Below are positions 49,990 through 60,062 of a stretch of 64,000 nt of DNA, in pieces. The stretch comes from an uncultured archaeon (GTDB lineage: Archaea; Thermoproteota; Nitrososphaeria; Nitrososphaerales; Gagatemarchaeaceae). The notes under the pieces were generated by a model. That model saw only the letters and a list, made by a program, of their open reading frames with translations. It was not told the origin of the DNA and did no database searches. A program made the translations under genes and the position numbers. How positions within the stretch are numbered: the first letter of the stretch is position 1; the number at the start of each line of letters is the position of its first letter. The stretch spans positions 544,001-608,000 of the forward strand of contig CAWFOU010000007.1 of the NCBI GenBank assembly GCA_963817525.1. Reading direction: 5' to 3'.

Positions 49990-50009
49990 GCGAAGGCGAA
50001 ATGAACCCT
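49990..50009 (+). repeat. Copy of the 23S arm core, opposite orientation
   Basis: gcgaaggcgaaatgaaccct, 18/20 to native. Confidence 0.7.
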
Positions 50010-50548
50010 TACAGCGTCAAGTGCAGTAGCGAGCTATGTCGAGCTGCGTCGGCAGGTAGGTTACCACGGTCGCGATGACGATGTCCGTTGACGCCCGCAG
50101 CGTGTACGTGACAGTGAAGTCCACCATCTCGGCGCAGCATGATTGATTTCAGTTACCTGTTGCCAGGTAGCTTATTGTGGTATGTCGCGCCGTGTGAGTC
50201 GAGTGCCTCACATCCCGATGACAAAGGCCGTCGAGTTGAGCGCGTAGCAGTGCCCGTAGGGAGAGCCCGTGTAGTGGTGCGCCACTTGGAAGTAGCAATT
50301 CGTCCCAGCAGGCTGGGCGGCCCCACCGGTGTAGGGAACCAGACCGTCAAGGTGTTGTTCAAGATGGGGGAGTTGAACTGACCAGTCCCGTTGAGCATCG
50401 GTGTCGGGAGCATGCCCGAACCGACCATGGTGACCGAGCACCCCGAAGGCGATCAACCTATACTATAGAACGGGCGCTCTCGGGTCTGTTGTTTGGTCAC
50501 AAGAAGTAAAATCAAAGCGTAAATCTAACGTTCGAAGGAGAACCGGAT

Positions 50549-51118
50549 ATGCGAAAAATGACCGCCCGGGAACGTGAGGGCATTCTCTTCGGCGCAGGCG
50601 CCGGGCTCACCCTGATTATCCTCCTTGTCTTGCAGTCACTCATCGGCAGCGGTCTTTTCAGCACGAGAACTGTGACTGTAACTGTAACCACCTCGGATGC
50701 CTACGAGCAGGTCTCCGACGCGTATGCTTCTCATCTCATGCAATTGAACGCCAGAAACATAAACGCAGTCGCAAGTGAGTACGAGAGCAATGCCACAGTT
50801 GAGTGGGTTGGGCCCGTAGAGGTGGGCGTTGGAAATTATTCTGGCACGGCAAACATCAAGATTATGCTAGGAAGCTCCATAGGCAAGTTCAACGGCAATT
50901 TCTCGCTGTCGAACGAGTATCAGTCGATAGGAGAAGTCAAGGGCAGCAACGCTTGGATGGTAAACTCAACGTTCAACTTTCATGGAAATAATCCAGTTGT
51001 AGGCAACGTAAACGGAACGGTTGTCGCCCAGGATTCGTACGCGCACGTTAACGATACGTGGCTCATTGCATGGGAGATTTGGAACTTTACCCAGTTTAAC
51101 GTGCCTCCACTAGGGTAA
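50549..51118 (+). CDS. Membrane-anchored NTF2/SnoaL-like protein
   Basis: TM, Y..NATVEW and W.I..E.W. Confidence 0.6.
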   Translation: MRKMTAREREGILFGAGAGLTLIILLVLQSLIGSGLFSTRTVTVTVTTSDAYEQVSDAYASHLMQLNARNINAVASEYESNATVEWVGPVEVGVGNYSGTANIKIMLGSSIGKFNGNFSLSNEYQSIGEVKGSNAWMVNSTFNFHGNNPVVGNVNGTVVAQDSYAHVNDTWLIAWEIWNFTQFNVPPLG

Positions 51119-51287
51119 CCCACCCTCTCCCCCTGGCCTGACACCGAACCCAGATTAGACTGAACCGAACGAGCCATGCTTTTATAAAGGTGAACGCCCC
51201 TCTGCCCTCACACTGATGCACTCACGAGGCAGCTGCGCAGCAGTTTCCAGCCAATCCGTTAGCTGACTCACCGGAGGTCATCCTCAT

Positions 51288-52550
51288 TTGCTAAGCACAA
51301 AGGCAGACTCTGTAAGATTATACAAGATTCGGAAGGTCATTTCCGAGCTATCGGGCAAGGAGGGCAGGGGGACGGAGCTGGTGTCCCTCTACATCCCGCC
51401 GAAGAAGCCCATGCACGAGGTCATAGCGTACCTCAGGAACGAGTGGGGGACGGCCGGGAACATAAAGTCGGACACGACTCGAAACCACGTCCAGGACGCC
51501 CTGACGAAGACCATGCAGAAGCTCAAGCTTTACAGGGACACCCCGGACAACGGGCTTGTGATCTTCTGCGGGGCCCTGATGACCAACGGCCCTGGCAGCG
51601 AGGTCATCGTCCTCCGCGAGGTCGTCCCCCCGAAGCCCGTGAAGTCTTTCCTCTACCAGTGCGACGACCACTTCCACGTGGAGTACCTCAAGGACATGCT
51701 GAGGGAGGAGAAGGTCTACGGCATCCTGGCGATAGACGCGAACGAGGCGGGGATCGGGATCCTCTCCGGGGAGTCGTTCGAGGTCGTGAACTCGATGACC
51801 TCGGGCATCTCAGGGAAGACGAGGAAGGGAGGGCAGAGCGCGAGGAGGTACGAGAGGGGGAGGGAGATGGAGCTCACGTACTTCTACCACCGGGTGGCGG
51901 ACCACGCGAACCGGATCCTGGTGGACGAATACAAGGTCACTGGGATGATCATCGGCGGCCCTGGCTTCACGAAGGAGGACTTCATGAAAACGGAGTTCCT
52001 GAACTACAACCTGCGCAAGAACACAGTCGCCATAATCGACACGGCGTACTCGGGGCGAGAGGGCGTCAGGGAGTTGGTAGACAAGGCGGCCGACAAGCTC
52101 CAGGACGTCAGGCTCTTCGAGGAGAAGAAGCTGGTGCAGAGGTTCCTGGGGGAGGTCAACAAGCCCAACGGCGTCGCCGTCTACGGCCTTCCTAGGATAA
52201 TCCAGGCGCTCGACAAGAGCAACGTGGAGACGATCCTGGTGGCCGACGACGTCGACACGCTGAGAATCACCGCGACGTGCAAGAACTGCCAGACGGTGAA
52301 GGAGAAGTTCGTCCCCAGCTCGAAGAAGACGCAGGCGACGCAGGAGCTGACGTCGGAGCCTTGCTCCAACTGCGGCTCGAAGGAGTTCGTGATAGACGAG
52401 ACCGACCTCGTCGACGTCCTCGAAGAGAGGGCCATCCAGGTGGGCGCGAAGGTCGAGGTGATATCCTCGGGGACGGAGGAGGGGGCGATGCTAAAGTCCT
52501 TCGGAGGGGTCGCGGCGTTCCTGCGGTACAAGCCCGCGGGCGCCTACTAG
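51288..52550 (+). CDS. prf1: Peptide chain release factor aRF1
   Basis: GRGTELVSLY, NIKS, YQCD and GGQS. Confidence 0.95.
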   Translation: MLSTKADSVRLYKIRKVISELSGKEGRGTELVSLYIPPKKPMHEVIAYLRNEWGTAGNIKSDTTRNHVQDALTKTMQKLKLYRDTPDNGLVIFCGALMTNGPGSEVIVLREVVPPKPVKSFLYQCDDHFHVEYLKDMLREEKVYGILAIDANEAGIGILSGESFEVVNSMTSGISGKTRKGGQSARRYERGREMELTYFYHRVADHANRILVDEYKVTGMIIGGPGFTKEDFMKTEFLNYNLRKNTVAIIDTAYSGREGVRELVDKAADKLQDVRLFEEKKLVQRFLGEVNKPNGVAVYGLPRIIQALDKSNVETILVADDVDTLRITATCKNCQTVKEKFVPSSKKTQATQELTSEPCSNCGSKEFVIDETDLVDVLEERAIQVGAKVEVISSGTEEGAMLKSFGGVAAFLRYKPAGAY

Positions 52551-52760
52551 GCGCGTCGGGGTCGGTTTGTGACAATCGACAATGTCACAGTGCTAACATG
52601 TCGATAAGAAATGATAGTAGAAAGGATAGTAACGCTCGGTTCACCGTAATCTGCGTCCACGACGTGGACGAATAGGCTTAACTAAAGGGGCCGAGCTGTT
52701 TGCTTCGTCCTGGTGTTTGATTCGTACAAAATTCAAAAGTTTGACTGAAATTTGTAAGAA

Positions 52761-53987
52761 GTGAGTGATATGGTAATACAAATTGGGTTAATTGGAAAAA
52801 CAAATGCAGGAAAGACAACACTTTTCAATTCTATGACCCTGAAGTCAGGTGCCATTAGCAGCTACGCGTTCACCACCAAGACTGCCGACACGGGCGTTGG
52901 CCAGGTGGACACCCTCTGCGTCCACAAGGAGTTCAAAGTCCAGGACAACCCGAAGAACTCAAAGTGCGAGGAGGGGTGGAGGTTCATCCCGATAGAGGTG
53001 ACCGACCTCCCAGGGCTCATCAAGGGGGCCTGGATGGGGAAGGGGCTCGGGAACCAGTTCCTCTCGGTGGCGGCGCAGTCGGACGCCCTACTGCACGTGG
53101 TCGACGCCTCGGGGAGCGTCGACAAGGACGGGAAGATAGCCGAGCCGGGCACTGGCGACCCCCTGGCCGACCTTGCCGACGTGGAGCTCGAGCTCGTCCT
53201 GTGGTACACCAAGCTCTTCTCCAGCAACATGGTGAAGATATCAAAGGCGGCGAAGCTCCCGGGAATGGGCCTTCCCGAGGCCATTGCCGAAGCGTTGCAG
53301 GGGATTGGCGTGAAGCGGGAGCACGTGGTCTACGCGCTCAACGAGGCGCTGCTCCAGGACAAGGAGGTGGACGCGTGGAACGAGAAGGAGGTGCAGAACT
53401 TCTGCTGGATACTCCGCGACACCTCCAAGCCGACCCTGATAATCGCGAACAAGATGGACCTGCCGAACTCCGCCGAGAACTTCAAGGCGCTCCGGGAGAA
53501 GTACAAGGACCTCATGGTCGTCCCGACGAGCGGGGAGGCGGAGCTCTCCCTCAGGAGGGCCGAGGTCAAGGGGCTGATAAAATACGTCCCGGGGGAGGAG
53601 CGCTTTGACCTGGTCAGGCCCCAGGAGCTGACGGATGCCCAGAAGACCGCCCTCGCGTACATCAGGAGGAAGGTGTTCGGGGAGTACCTCAGGACGGGGG
53701 TCCAGTTCGCCCTCAACATTGCGATATTCAAGCTCCTTCGCATGAACGCGGTCTATCCGGTCGCCGACTCTGAGAAGCTTACCGACAAGCATGGGAACAT
53801 CCTCCCCGACGTCTACCTGTTGCCTTCGGGCTCGACCGTAGAGGACCTGGCCAAGGCTGTCCACACCGATCTGTTCAAGGGCCTGCTGTACGGGGTAGAC
53901 GCGAGGACCGCCCTGCACCTCCCGGTGGACTATGTCCTCAGTGACAGGGACGTGCTCTCCATGGTCTCCACAGCCAAGAGAGGCTGA
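52761..53987 (+). CDS. ychF: YchF/Obg-family GTPase with TGS domain
   Basis: GKTNAGKTT, DLPGL, GLGNQFL and NKMD. Confidence 0.88.
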   Translation: MSDMVIQIGLIGKTNAGKTTLFNSMTLKSGAISSYAFTTKTADTGVGQVDTLCVHKEFKVQDNPKNSKCEEGWRFIPIEVTDLPGLIKGAWMGKGLGNQFLSVAAQSDALLHVVDASGSVDKDGKIAEPGTGDPLADLADVELELVLWYTKLFSSNMVKISKAAKLPGMGLPEAIAEALQGIGVKREHVVYALNEALLQDKEVDAWNEKEVQNFCWILRDTSKPTLIIANKMDLPNSAENFKALREKYKDLMVVPTSGEAELSLRRAEVKGLIKYVPGEERFDLVRPQELTDAQKTALAYIRRKVFGEYLRTGVQFALNIAIFKLLRMNAVYPVADSEKLTDKHGNILPDVYLLPSGSTVEDLAKAVHTDLFKGLLYGVDARTALHLPVDYVLSDRDVLSMVSTAKRG

Positions 53988-54059
53988 GGCGCCTCTCTTT
54001 TCCCGCGTCGCGGGACGAAACGATATAACCACTCGAAATGCTGGGCGCGAGGTGTCTGA

Positions 54060-54893
54060 ATGACGCAGCGCGAGCAAGCCGGACCCAAGGAGGCGCGGAG
54101 CGCCATCTGCTGCATCTCCGGCGGGGCGGACTCCGTGACGATGGCGTACTATGTGAAGAAGGTCATCAAGCCCGAGCACTTGCTGTTCATCTTCTGCAAC
54201 TACGGACAGAGGACGTACAGGTACGAGGAGTTCTGCATCAAGGAGATTTCGCGGCAGCTCAAGGCGCCCCTCAAGCTCATCGACCTGAAGTGGCTGGGCG
54301 GGATAAGCACGTCCCTCCTCACGCACGCCGAGAAGGAGATCCCTGAGACCAAGAGCGAGGACCTCTGGATCCCAGAGAAGGCGAGGGAGAGGATTCTAAA
54401 GTGGTGGGATCCGTGCAGGAACGCAATACTCCTGCTCGTCGGGCTAGCCCACGCGGAGTCCTTCTACATATCGACCCAGGAGCGGTTCGACGTCTACATC
54501 GGGATACGCAGGGAGACGCCCGTGGCGATGAATGACAACACCCCCGAGTTCCTCGAGGAGATCAACAGGCTGGGCGAGCAGGCCACGCACCACGGAGGCT
54601 ACAGGATGCTCGCCCCGCTCATCACCTACGACAAGGACAAGGTGGTCAAATTGGGAGATGAACTGGGAGTCCCTTGGCAATATACATACAGTTGCTATAC
54701 CGGTCATAGTTTCAAGACGATTGGGGGAAAGAAACTACCAGTTCACTGTGGGTGGTGCTCCAACGACCGAAGAAGGGCACTGGCCTTCAAGATGGCAGGA
54801 GTGTATGATGGGAGCTTATATTCGAAACGGCCATTGACAGACGTGGATTACGTGAAGACCGATGGCGTCTTTGTCCAGAAGCGAGCGCGTTAG
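54060..54893 (+). CDS. queC: QueC-like 7-cyano-7-deazaguanine synthase
   Basis: SGGADS, NYGQR, RNAIL, TYSCY and HCGWC. Confidence 0.8.
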   Translation: MTQREQAGPKEARSAICCISGGADSVTMAYYVKKVIKPEHLLFIFCNYGQRTYRYEEFCIKEISRQLKAPLKLIDLKWLGGISTSLLTHAEKEIPETKSEDLWIPEKARERILKWWDPCRNAILLLVGLAHAESFYISTQERFDVYIGIRRETPVAMNDNTPEFLEEINRLGEQATHHGGYRMLAPLITYDKDKVVKLGDELGVPWQYTYSCYTGHSFKTIGGKKLPVHCGWCSNDRRRALAFKMAGVYDGSLYSKRPLTDVDYVKTDGVFVQKRAR

Positions 54894-55599
54894 GAAGACC
54901 TGGCAGAATCCAGAAAGGCGAATCAAGCAATCGCTGGCGCTAAAGAAGTGCTGGCAAAGAGAGGACTACAGGGCTCGGTTGTCTGAACACCTGCGCCAGA
55001 TTTCTCCGAAGGGCTCGAAAGAGCTAGTCCGTCTCAGGCAATCAGGAGCCATCATTCTAAGCGACGAATCCCGCAAACGGATAAGAGAGTCTCAGCGAAT
55101 TCGTTTTCAGCGGCCTGAAGAGTTGAAGAAGCTTGCGAGGGCAAGATCTCTCGTGGTCATCGACTTCCAGCAGCGTGCTGAGGTGATGCGCGAGGCCTTC
55201 CTAAAGAAGTATGGTTCCTATCTGGAGCTTGCGAAAATGGGAATGAAGGCACCCAAAAGAAAGCCAAACAAACTGGAATTGGAGGTTGCGAAGAACTTGG
55301 GAGAGGACTGGGAGTATGTGGGAGACGGTAAGACGACGGTCGGAGGCTTGGTGCCAGACTTTGTTCACCGAACCCGAAAGGAGGTCCTGGAAGTTTTCGG
55401 CTGCTATTATCATGCGTGCCCCATTCATTTTCCTAACGCGCCTATGGGACCAAAGACTTCGCCGTCCTATAGGGAATCCGTCTATGCAGCAAGCGGTTAC
55501 AAGATGCAGTTTCTCTGGGAGCACGACGTCAAGAAGGGAAGAAAACTCGCGTTTGCAGAGAGCGGAGTCAAAGACCCCTCAATCTACGCGAAGGCCTAG
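54862..55599 (+). CDS. Vsr/DUF559-like (EDxHD-type) putative homing endonuclease with a QueC-like tail
   Basis: Basic helical N-terminus; PNKLE, PDF, LEVFGCYYH and LWEHD. Confidence 0.75.
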   Translation: MASLSRSERVRKTWQNPERRIKQSLALKKCWQREDYRARLSEHLRQISPKGSKELVRLRQSGAIILSDESRKRIRESQRIRFQRPEELKKLARARSLVVIDFQQRAEVMREAFLKKYGSYLELAKMGMKAPKRKPNKLELEVAKNLGEDWEYVGDGKTTVGGLVPDFVHRTRKEVLEVFGCYYHACPIHFPNAPMGPKTSPSYRESVYAASGYKMQFLWEHDVKKGRKLAFAESGVKDPSIYAKA

Positions 55600-55662
55600 C
55601 CGGGCGCTCATCCCTTGCGGAAGAGCGCGGCGCACTCAACCTAAATACCCTCTAGGTGTGGA

Positions 55663-58083
55663 GTGAAACGAGTTTTGGAGAACCAGGGGGAGCAAAAGCG
55701 GGCTACAGGTCCCGCGAACGCAGCCCCGCCCAACAGGCTAGAGTCGACCAGCTGGAACCCCGGCCTTGAGGAAGAGATGAGGAGGATATGGGGAATTGAA
55801 GATAATTTCAAGTTCAGGCCCAGTACCGATAAAAAACGCAATTTTGTGATGGACACGCCGCCCCCGTATCCGTCGGGGAAGCCCTGGCACCCGGGGGCGC
55901 TGACCCAGTACGCCCAGATAGACATGGTGGCGAGGGCCGCGAGGATGCGGGGTTTCAACGTCCTCTACCCGGTCGGCATCGACAGGAACGGGCTCCCGGT
56001 GGAGATAGCGACCGAGCGCAAGTACAGGATCCAGATGAGGAAGACGCCCCGGGAGGAGTTCATCGGGCTGTGCAAGCACGCCCTCGACGACATCGAGGCG
56101 TACATGGTCGACCTCCTGAAGAGGATGGGGATCTCCGGGGACTTCAAGGAGAAGTACCGCACCGACTCCGAGGAGTACAGGACGCTCACGCAGTGGTCGT
56201 TCATAGAGCTCTGGAACAAGGGGCTCATACACATCGCGACCAGGCCCAACAACTACTGCACCGACTGCGGGACGACGATAGCAGACGCGGAGATAGAGTA
56301 CGAGGACCTGCCGGCTTACCTTGTCACCAACAAGTTCACCGTCAAGGAGACGGGCGATGTCATCATGGTCTCGACGACGAGGCCGGAGCTGCTCTCCGCG
56401 TGCCAGCTGGTGGTCGTGAACCCGGCCGACGACCGCTACAAGCGCGTAGTCGGGAAGACCGCCGTCGTGCCAATCTATGGGAAGGAGGTCCCCATCAAGA
56501 CGCACAAGAGCGTCGACATGGAGTTCGGGACGGGCGTCCTCATGGTCTGCAGCTACGGAGACTACAATGACGTCCAAGTCTTCAGGCAGCTGGGCCTCAA
56601 GGAGATCCAGGCGATAGACATGGAGGGGAAGATGACGGCAGTCGCCGGCAAGTACGTGGGCATGGCCGTCAAGGATGCGCGGTCCCAGATAATCCAGGAC
56701 CTGCAGGACGCCAACGTCGCCGTCAAGGTGGAGCAGGTGCAGCACCGCACGCCCCTCTGCGAGAGGAGCCACACCCCCATCGAGATAATACCCATGGAGG
56801 AGTTCTACCTCAAGCAGCTCCAATTCGCCCCGACGCTGAAGAAGCTCGCGAGGCAGATAGAGTTCCACCCGCCGATGCACAGGCAGGTCCTCCTCGACTG
56901 GATCGACTCGCTCACCACGGACTACCCCATCTCCCGGAGGCGGTACTACGCGACGGAGATCCCGATCTGGTACTGCACCAAGTGCGAGACGCCGCACCTC
57001 CCCAAGCCCGGCAAGTACTACAGGCCCTGGAAGGACCCCGCCCCCTTCAGGAAGTGCTCGAAGTGTGCGAACACGAAGTTCGTGGGCGAGACGCGCACGT
57101 TCGACACCTGGATGGACTCGAGCATCTCAGCGCTCTACGTGACCAAGCTAACGAGGAACCAGAAGTTCTTCAAGGCGACCTACCCGACCACGCTCAGGCT
57201 CCAGGGCAAGGACATCGTCAGGACCTGGCTCTACTACTCGCTCCTGAGGTGCTACCTCCTCACGGGGAAGGCGCCCTGGAAGGAGGCATGGGTGGGCGGG
57301 CTCGGGCAGGACGCTCAGGGGAGGGCGATGCGCAAGAGCCTGGGCAACTTCATGGACCCGGAGCCGCTGCTCCAGAAGTACGGGACAGACACGTTCCGCT
57401 TCTGGGGCGCCGCGGAGGCTAACCTGGGCTACGACTTTAGGCTCTCGGAGGACAGGGTGGCGGGAGCGGGGAAGTTCCTCACAAAGCTCTGGAACACGGC
57501 CCGCTTCATTGCGTCGTTCCCGGAGCCGAAGAGCGCCAAGCTCACTCCCACCGACGTCTGGATACTCTCGGAGCTGAACCAGCTCATAGCGGATTGCGTC
57601 GCCGGGTACAAGGACGGCAACGGGTTCGTCCCCGCGACGAAGCTCAGGGAGTTCGTCTGGAACGTCTTCGCGGCGCACTACATCGAGATGGTCAAGGGAC
57701 GCGCCTATGGGGACGGGGTGAAGAAGGAGGAGTGCGACGCGGCGAGGTTCACCCTGCACCGCGTGATGAAGTCGATTCTGCTGCTCACGGCGCCCATCGC
57801 GCCCCACATGACCGACCACATCTGGAGGAGGCTCTACGGTCAGCGGAGCATACATTTGGAGAGGTTCCCGGATGCGGACAGGAACAAGGCGAGCAGGGGC
57901 GCCAGCCAGGCAATCATTGCGTTCGACGAGCAAATCTGGAAGACCAAGCGTGACAAGGGCGTGAGCCTGAAGGAGCCCGCCGAGGCGGTCGTGCCTACCA
58001 AGCTCAGGCCTTACGCCGCGGACTTGGGGAGGATGCACCACATCCAGAAGCCCCAGAAGGCCGCCAAGGCTGCTACCAGCTGA
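55663..58083 (+). CDS. valS: Valine-tRNA ligase
   Basis: DTPPPYPSG, TTRPEL, ISRRRYYATEIP, DTWMDS and QGKDI. Confidence 0.92.
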   Translation: MKRVLENQGEQKRATGPANAAPPNRLESTSWNPGLEEEMRRIWGIEDNFKFRPSTDKKRNFVMDTPPPYPSGKPWHPGALTQYAQIDMVARAARMRGFNVLYPVGIDRNGLPVEIATERKYRIQMRKTPREEFIGLCKHALDDIEAYMVDLLKRMGISGDFKEKYRTDSEEYRTLTQWSFIELWNKGLIHIATRPNNYCTDCGTTIADAEIEYEDLPAYLVTNKFTVKETGDVIMVSTTRPELLSACQLVVVNPADDRYKRVVGKTAVVPIYGKEVPIKTHKSVDMEFGTGVLMVCSYGDYNDVQVFRQLGLKEIQAIDMEGKMTAVAGKYVGMAVKDARSQIIQDLQDANVAVKVEQVQHRTPLCERSHTPIEIIPMEEFYLKQLQFAPTLKKLARQIEFHPPMHRQVLLDWIDSLTTDYPISRRRYYATEIPIWYCTKCETPHLPKPGKYYRPWKDPAPFRKCSKCANTKFVGETRTFDTWMDSSISALYVTKLTRNQKFFKATYPTTLRLQGKDIVRTWLYYSLLRCYLLTGKAPWKEAWVGGLGQDAQGRAMRKSLGNFMDPEPLLQKYGTDTFRFWGAAEANLGYDFRLSEDRVAGAGKFLTKLWNTARFIASFPEPKSAKLTPTDVWILSELNQLIADCVAGYKDGNGFVPATKLREFVWNVFAAHYIEMVKGRAYGDGVKKEECDAARFTLHRVMKSILLLTAPIAPHMTDHIWRRLYGQRSIHLERFPDADRNKASRGASQAIIAFDEQIWKTKRDKGVSLKEPAEAVVPTKLRPYAADLGRMHHIQKPQKAAKAATS

Positions 58084-58890
58084 CTAGGCGAACATCCTGG
58101 ACAGGGCCTTGTAGTCGTCGCCCGAGATCCTACCATCGAGGGCGTGTGCGTTCTCCTCGACGTGCTCGACGCTAGAAGCCTTGGGAATCGCGATGACGGA
58201 GTCCCTGTACGTGATCCAGTTCAGCATGAGCTGCGCCACGGTCATCCCGTATTTGTCGAGGAGCGCCTGAGGGATCTTCCTCGGTAGCCTCCCCGTGTCC
58301 AGGGGGCTGTACGCGATGACGGTGATCTTCTCCTTCTCGCAAAACGGGAGCAGGTCGGGCTCGATGGTGTGGTCGGTCAGGCTGTACCTCACCTGGTTGG
58401 AGGCGATCTCCGACCTTGGCAGGGCCTCCCTCGCATCTTGCGTCTCGGCCACCGAGAAGTTGCTGACGCCTATGTAGCGAATCTTGCCCCTGGACACGAG
58501 CTCCTCCATTGCTTTCATCGTCTCCCCTATGCGGACCTGATGGCTCGGCCAGTGCAATTGGTAGAGGTCGATTTGCTTGACGCCCAGCCGCCTTATGCTG
58601 GCCTCGCACGACTTTAGGACATCGTCGTAGCGAAAGTGCTCGGGCGACACCTTCGTGGCGATGAACGCGTCGTCTCCTGCGCCTGTGATGGCTTCGCCGA
58701 CGAGCTTCTCCGCGTTGCCGCGGCCGTACATCTCCGCCGTGTCTATGAGTGTCATTCCCAGCTCGAGGCCCTTCCGGAGGGCCTGAATCTCGAGGGCGCG
58801 CGCCTCGTCTTTGGCCTCGCCGATCAGCCACGTCCCCATGCCTATCACCGGGACCTTCTCCCGGGTCTTGCCGAGTTCGCGCTTCTCCAA
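58084..58890 (-). CDS. Aldo/keto reductase
   Basis: IDTAEMYG, DLYQLHWP, IGVSNF and AYSPL. Confidence 0.92.
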   Translation of the reverse strand: MEKRELGKTREKVPVIGMGTWLIGEAKDEARALEIQALRKGLELGMTLIDTAEMYGRGNAEKLVGEAITGAGDDAFIATKVSPEHFRYDDVLKSCEASIRRLGVKQIDLYQLHWPSHQVRIGETMKAMEELVSRGKIRYIGVSNFSVAETQDAREALPRSEIASNQVRYSLTDHTIEPDLLPFCEKEKITVIAYSPLDTGRLPRKIPQALLDKYGMTVAQLMLNWITYRDSVIAIPKASSVEHVEENAHALDGRISGDDYKALSRMFA

Positions 58891-58935
58891 AGGAAGACTC
58901 GGTGAAAGTGAAACCGGTTGGTATTATGTGTGAAT

Positions 58936-59173
58936 GGTGAGGGGCGGGCGTCCCTTAAAGGGAGATAAACCGACGCGGCAGGAGGGAAACTCGCGCCACG
59001 GTAGATTGTGGCAGGCCACACGGGCCTGCCCACAGTACGCGTGGCGAAGCCGCCGAAGACTATCCTAGGCCAGTTGCGATGCTCTAACCACGATATCAAG
59101 TTACATATCTGGTTGGTCTTTGGCTCCGAAACTACCAAGTGTCGGTCTGTCCGATGCCGAAATCGGACCTCCT
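58936..59173. ncRNA. Candidate structured non-coding RNA
   Basis: Several hairpins plus a long-range accgacgc/gtgtcggt pairing in an intergenic region. Confidence 0.4.
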
Positions 59174-59187
59174 GTTTACTTGGAACG

Positions 59188-59940
59188 TCACTTCACCACG
59201 AAGTGAAGTATTACCACTTGCCCCCACATGTCCTCGATGCCGACCGTGTACACGCCAGGGGTGAAGGGAGTCGTAACAGGACTGTCAATGGTCTGCTGCC
59301 CTTCGTAATTCAAGAAGACGCTGGCACGCTCCGAGTTATTCGACAGGTCCCAAGAACCGTTCGTGGTGAACGTGCCCAACACATAGTAGGGGCCCAGCGT
59401 CTCGTTAGGCTGTCCAGGGGCAGATTGGCCCGTGAGGTTCGCCTGCGCGCTATGTGGCCCGAATGTTACTTGCTCCACCCTCATCCCCGTGGTGCAGCCG
59501 AATACTGGGACGTGGACATCAGCTACGGAAGTAATGTTGCTTATCGTGTAGTCGCCCCTGAGCACGACGGCTTCCGCTTCCGCGGATACATTGAAACCAA
59601 CGCTTGACGTTCCCAGAAGCATCAAATCACAATCGGGCCACACGGCCAAGGGAATGCCCTTGAAGGGGAAACCATCTAAGACTGGCAACCTATTGGTGGT
59701 TGAGAGGGTATTGGATATGGAGACGTTGACCCGCAAAGCCTGACCCGGAGTTAGCTGCGAGGTATTTAGGGAAGCGGTCAGTTGAAGGCCGTCTGAGCCA
59801 AGGGCATTTCCCTGTACCGTTTCGTTCGCTTGAGACGTCGGAGAATAGAGGTTGTTTACCTCGTAAGCGGCGATGGTGGTGACAAGTAGCGTCACCACGA
59901 CGATAGGAATAATCCGGCGGGAGTATTCGGACATTTGCAA
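59188..59940 (-). CDS. Hypothetical secreted protein
   Basis: N-terminal TM; PGVYTV...D.WGQ C-terminus. Confidence 0.7.
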   Translation of the reverse strand: MQMSEYSRRIIPIVVVTLLVTTIAAYEVNNLYSPTSQANETVQGNALGSDGLQLTASLNTSQLTPGQALRVNVSISNTLSTTNRLPVLDGFPFKGIPLAVWPDCDLMLLGTSSVGFNVSAEAEAVVLRGDYTISNITSVADVHVPVFGCTTGMRVEQVTFGPHSAQANLTGQSAPGQPNETLGPYYVLGTFTTNGSWDLSNNSERASVFLNYEGQQTIDSPVTTPFTPGVYTVGIEDMWGQVVILHFVVK

Positions 59941-60062
59941 TCGACCTAATCAGATTCAACACACACTATATTGCTACGCCTTAGCAAGAGCTTTGCTACT
60001 AGTTATTTGACGACGTTCTCACAATATTGATAATTATTCTATCTTTATCTCCGCAATGACGG

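Noticed and set aside
51210-51270. C/D-box sRNA or riboswitch in the aRF1 leader
   Set aside because: Only an imperfect C box and one CTGA; no convincing internal boxes or aptamer.
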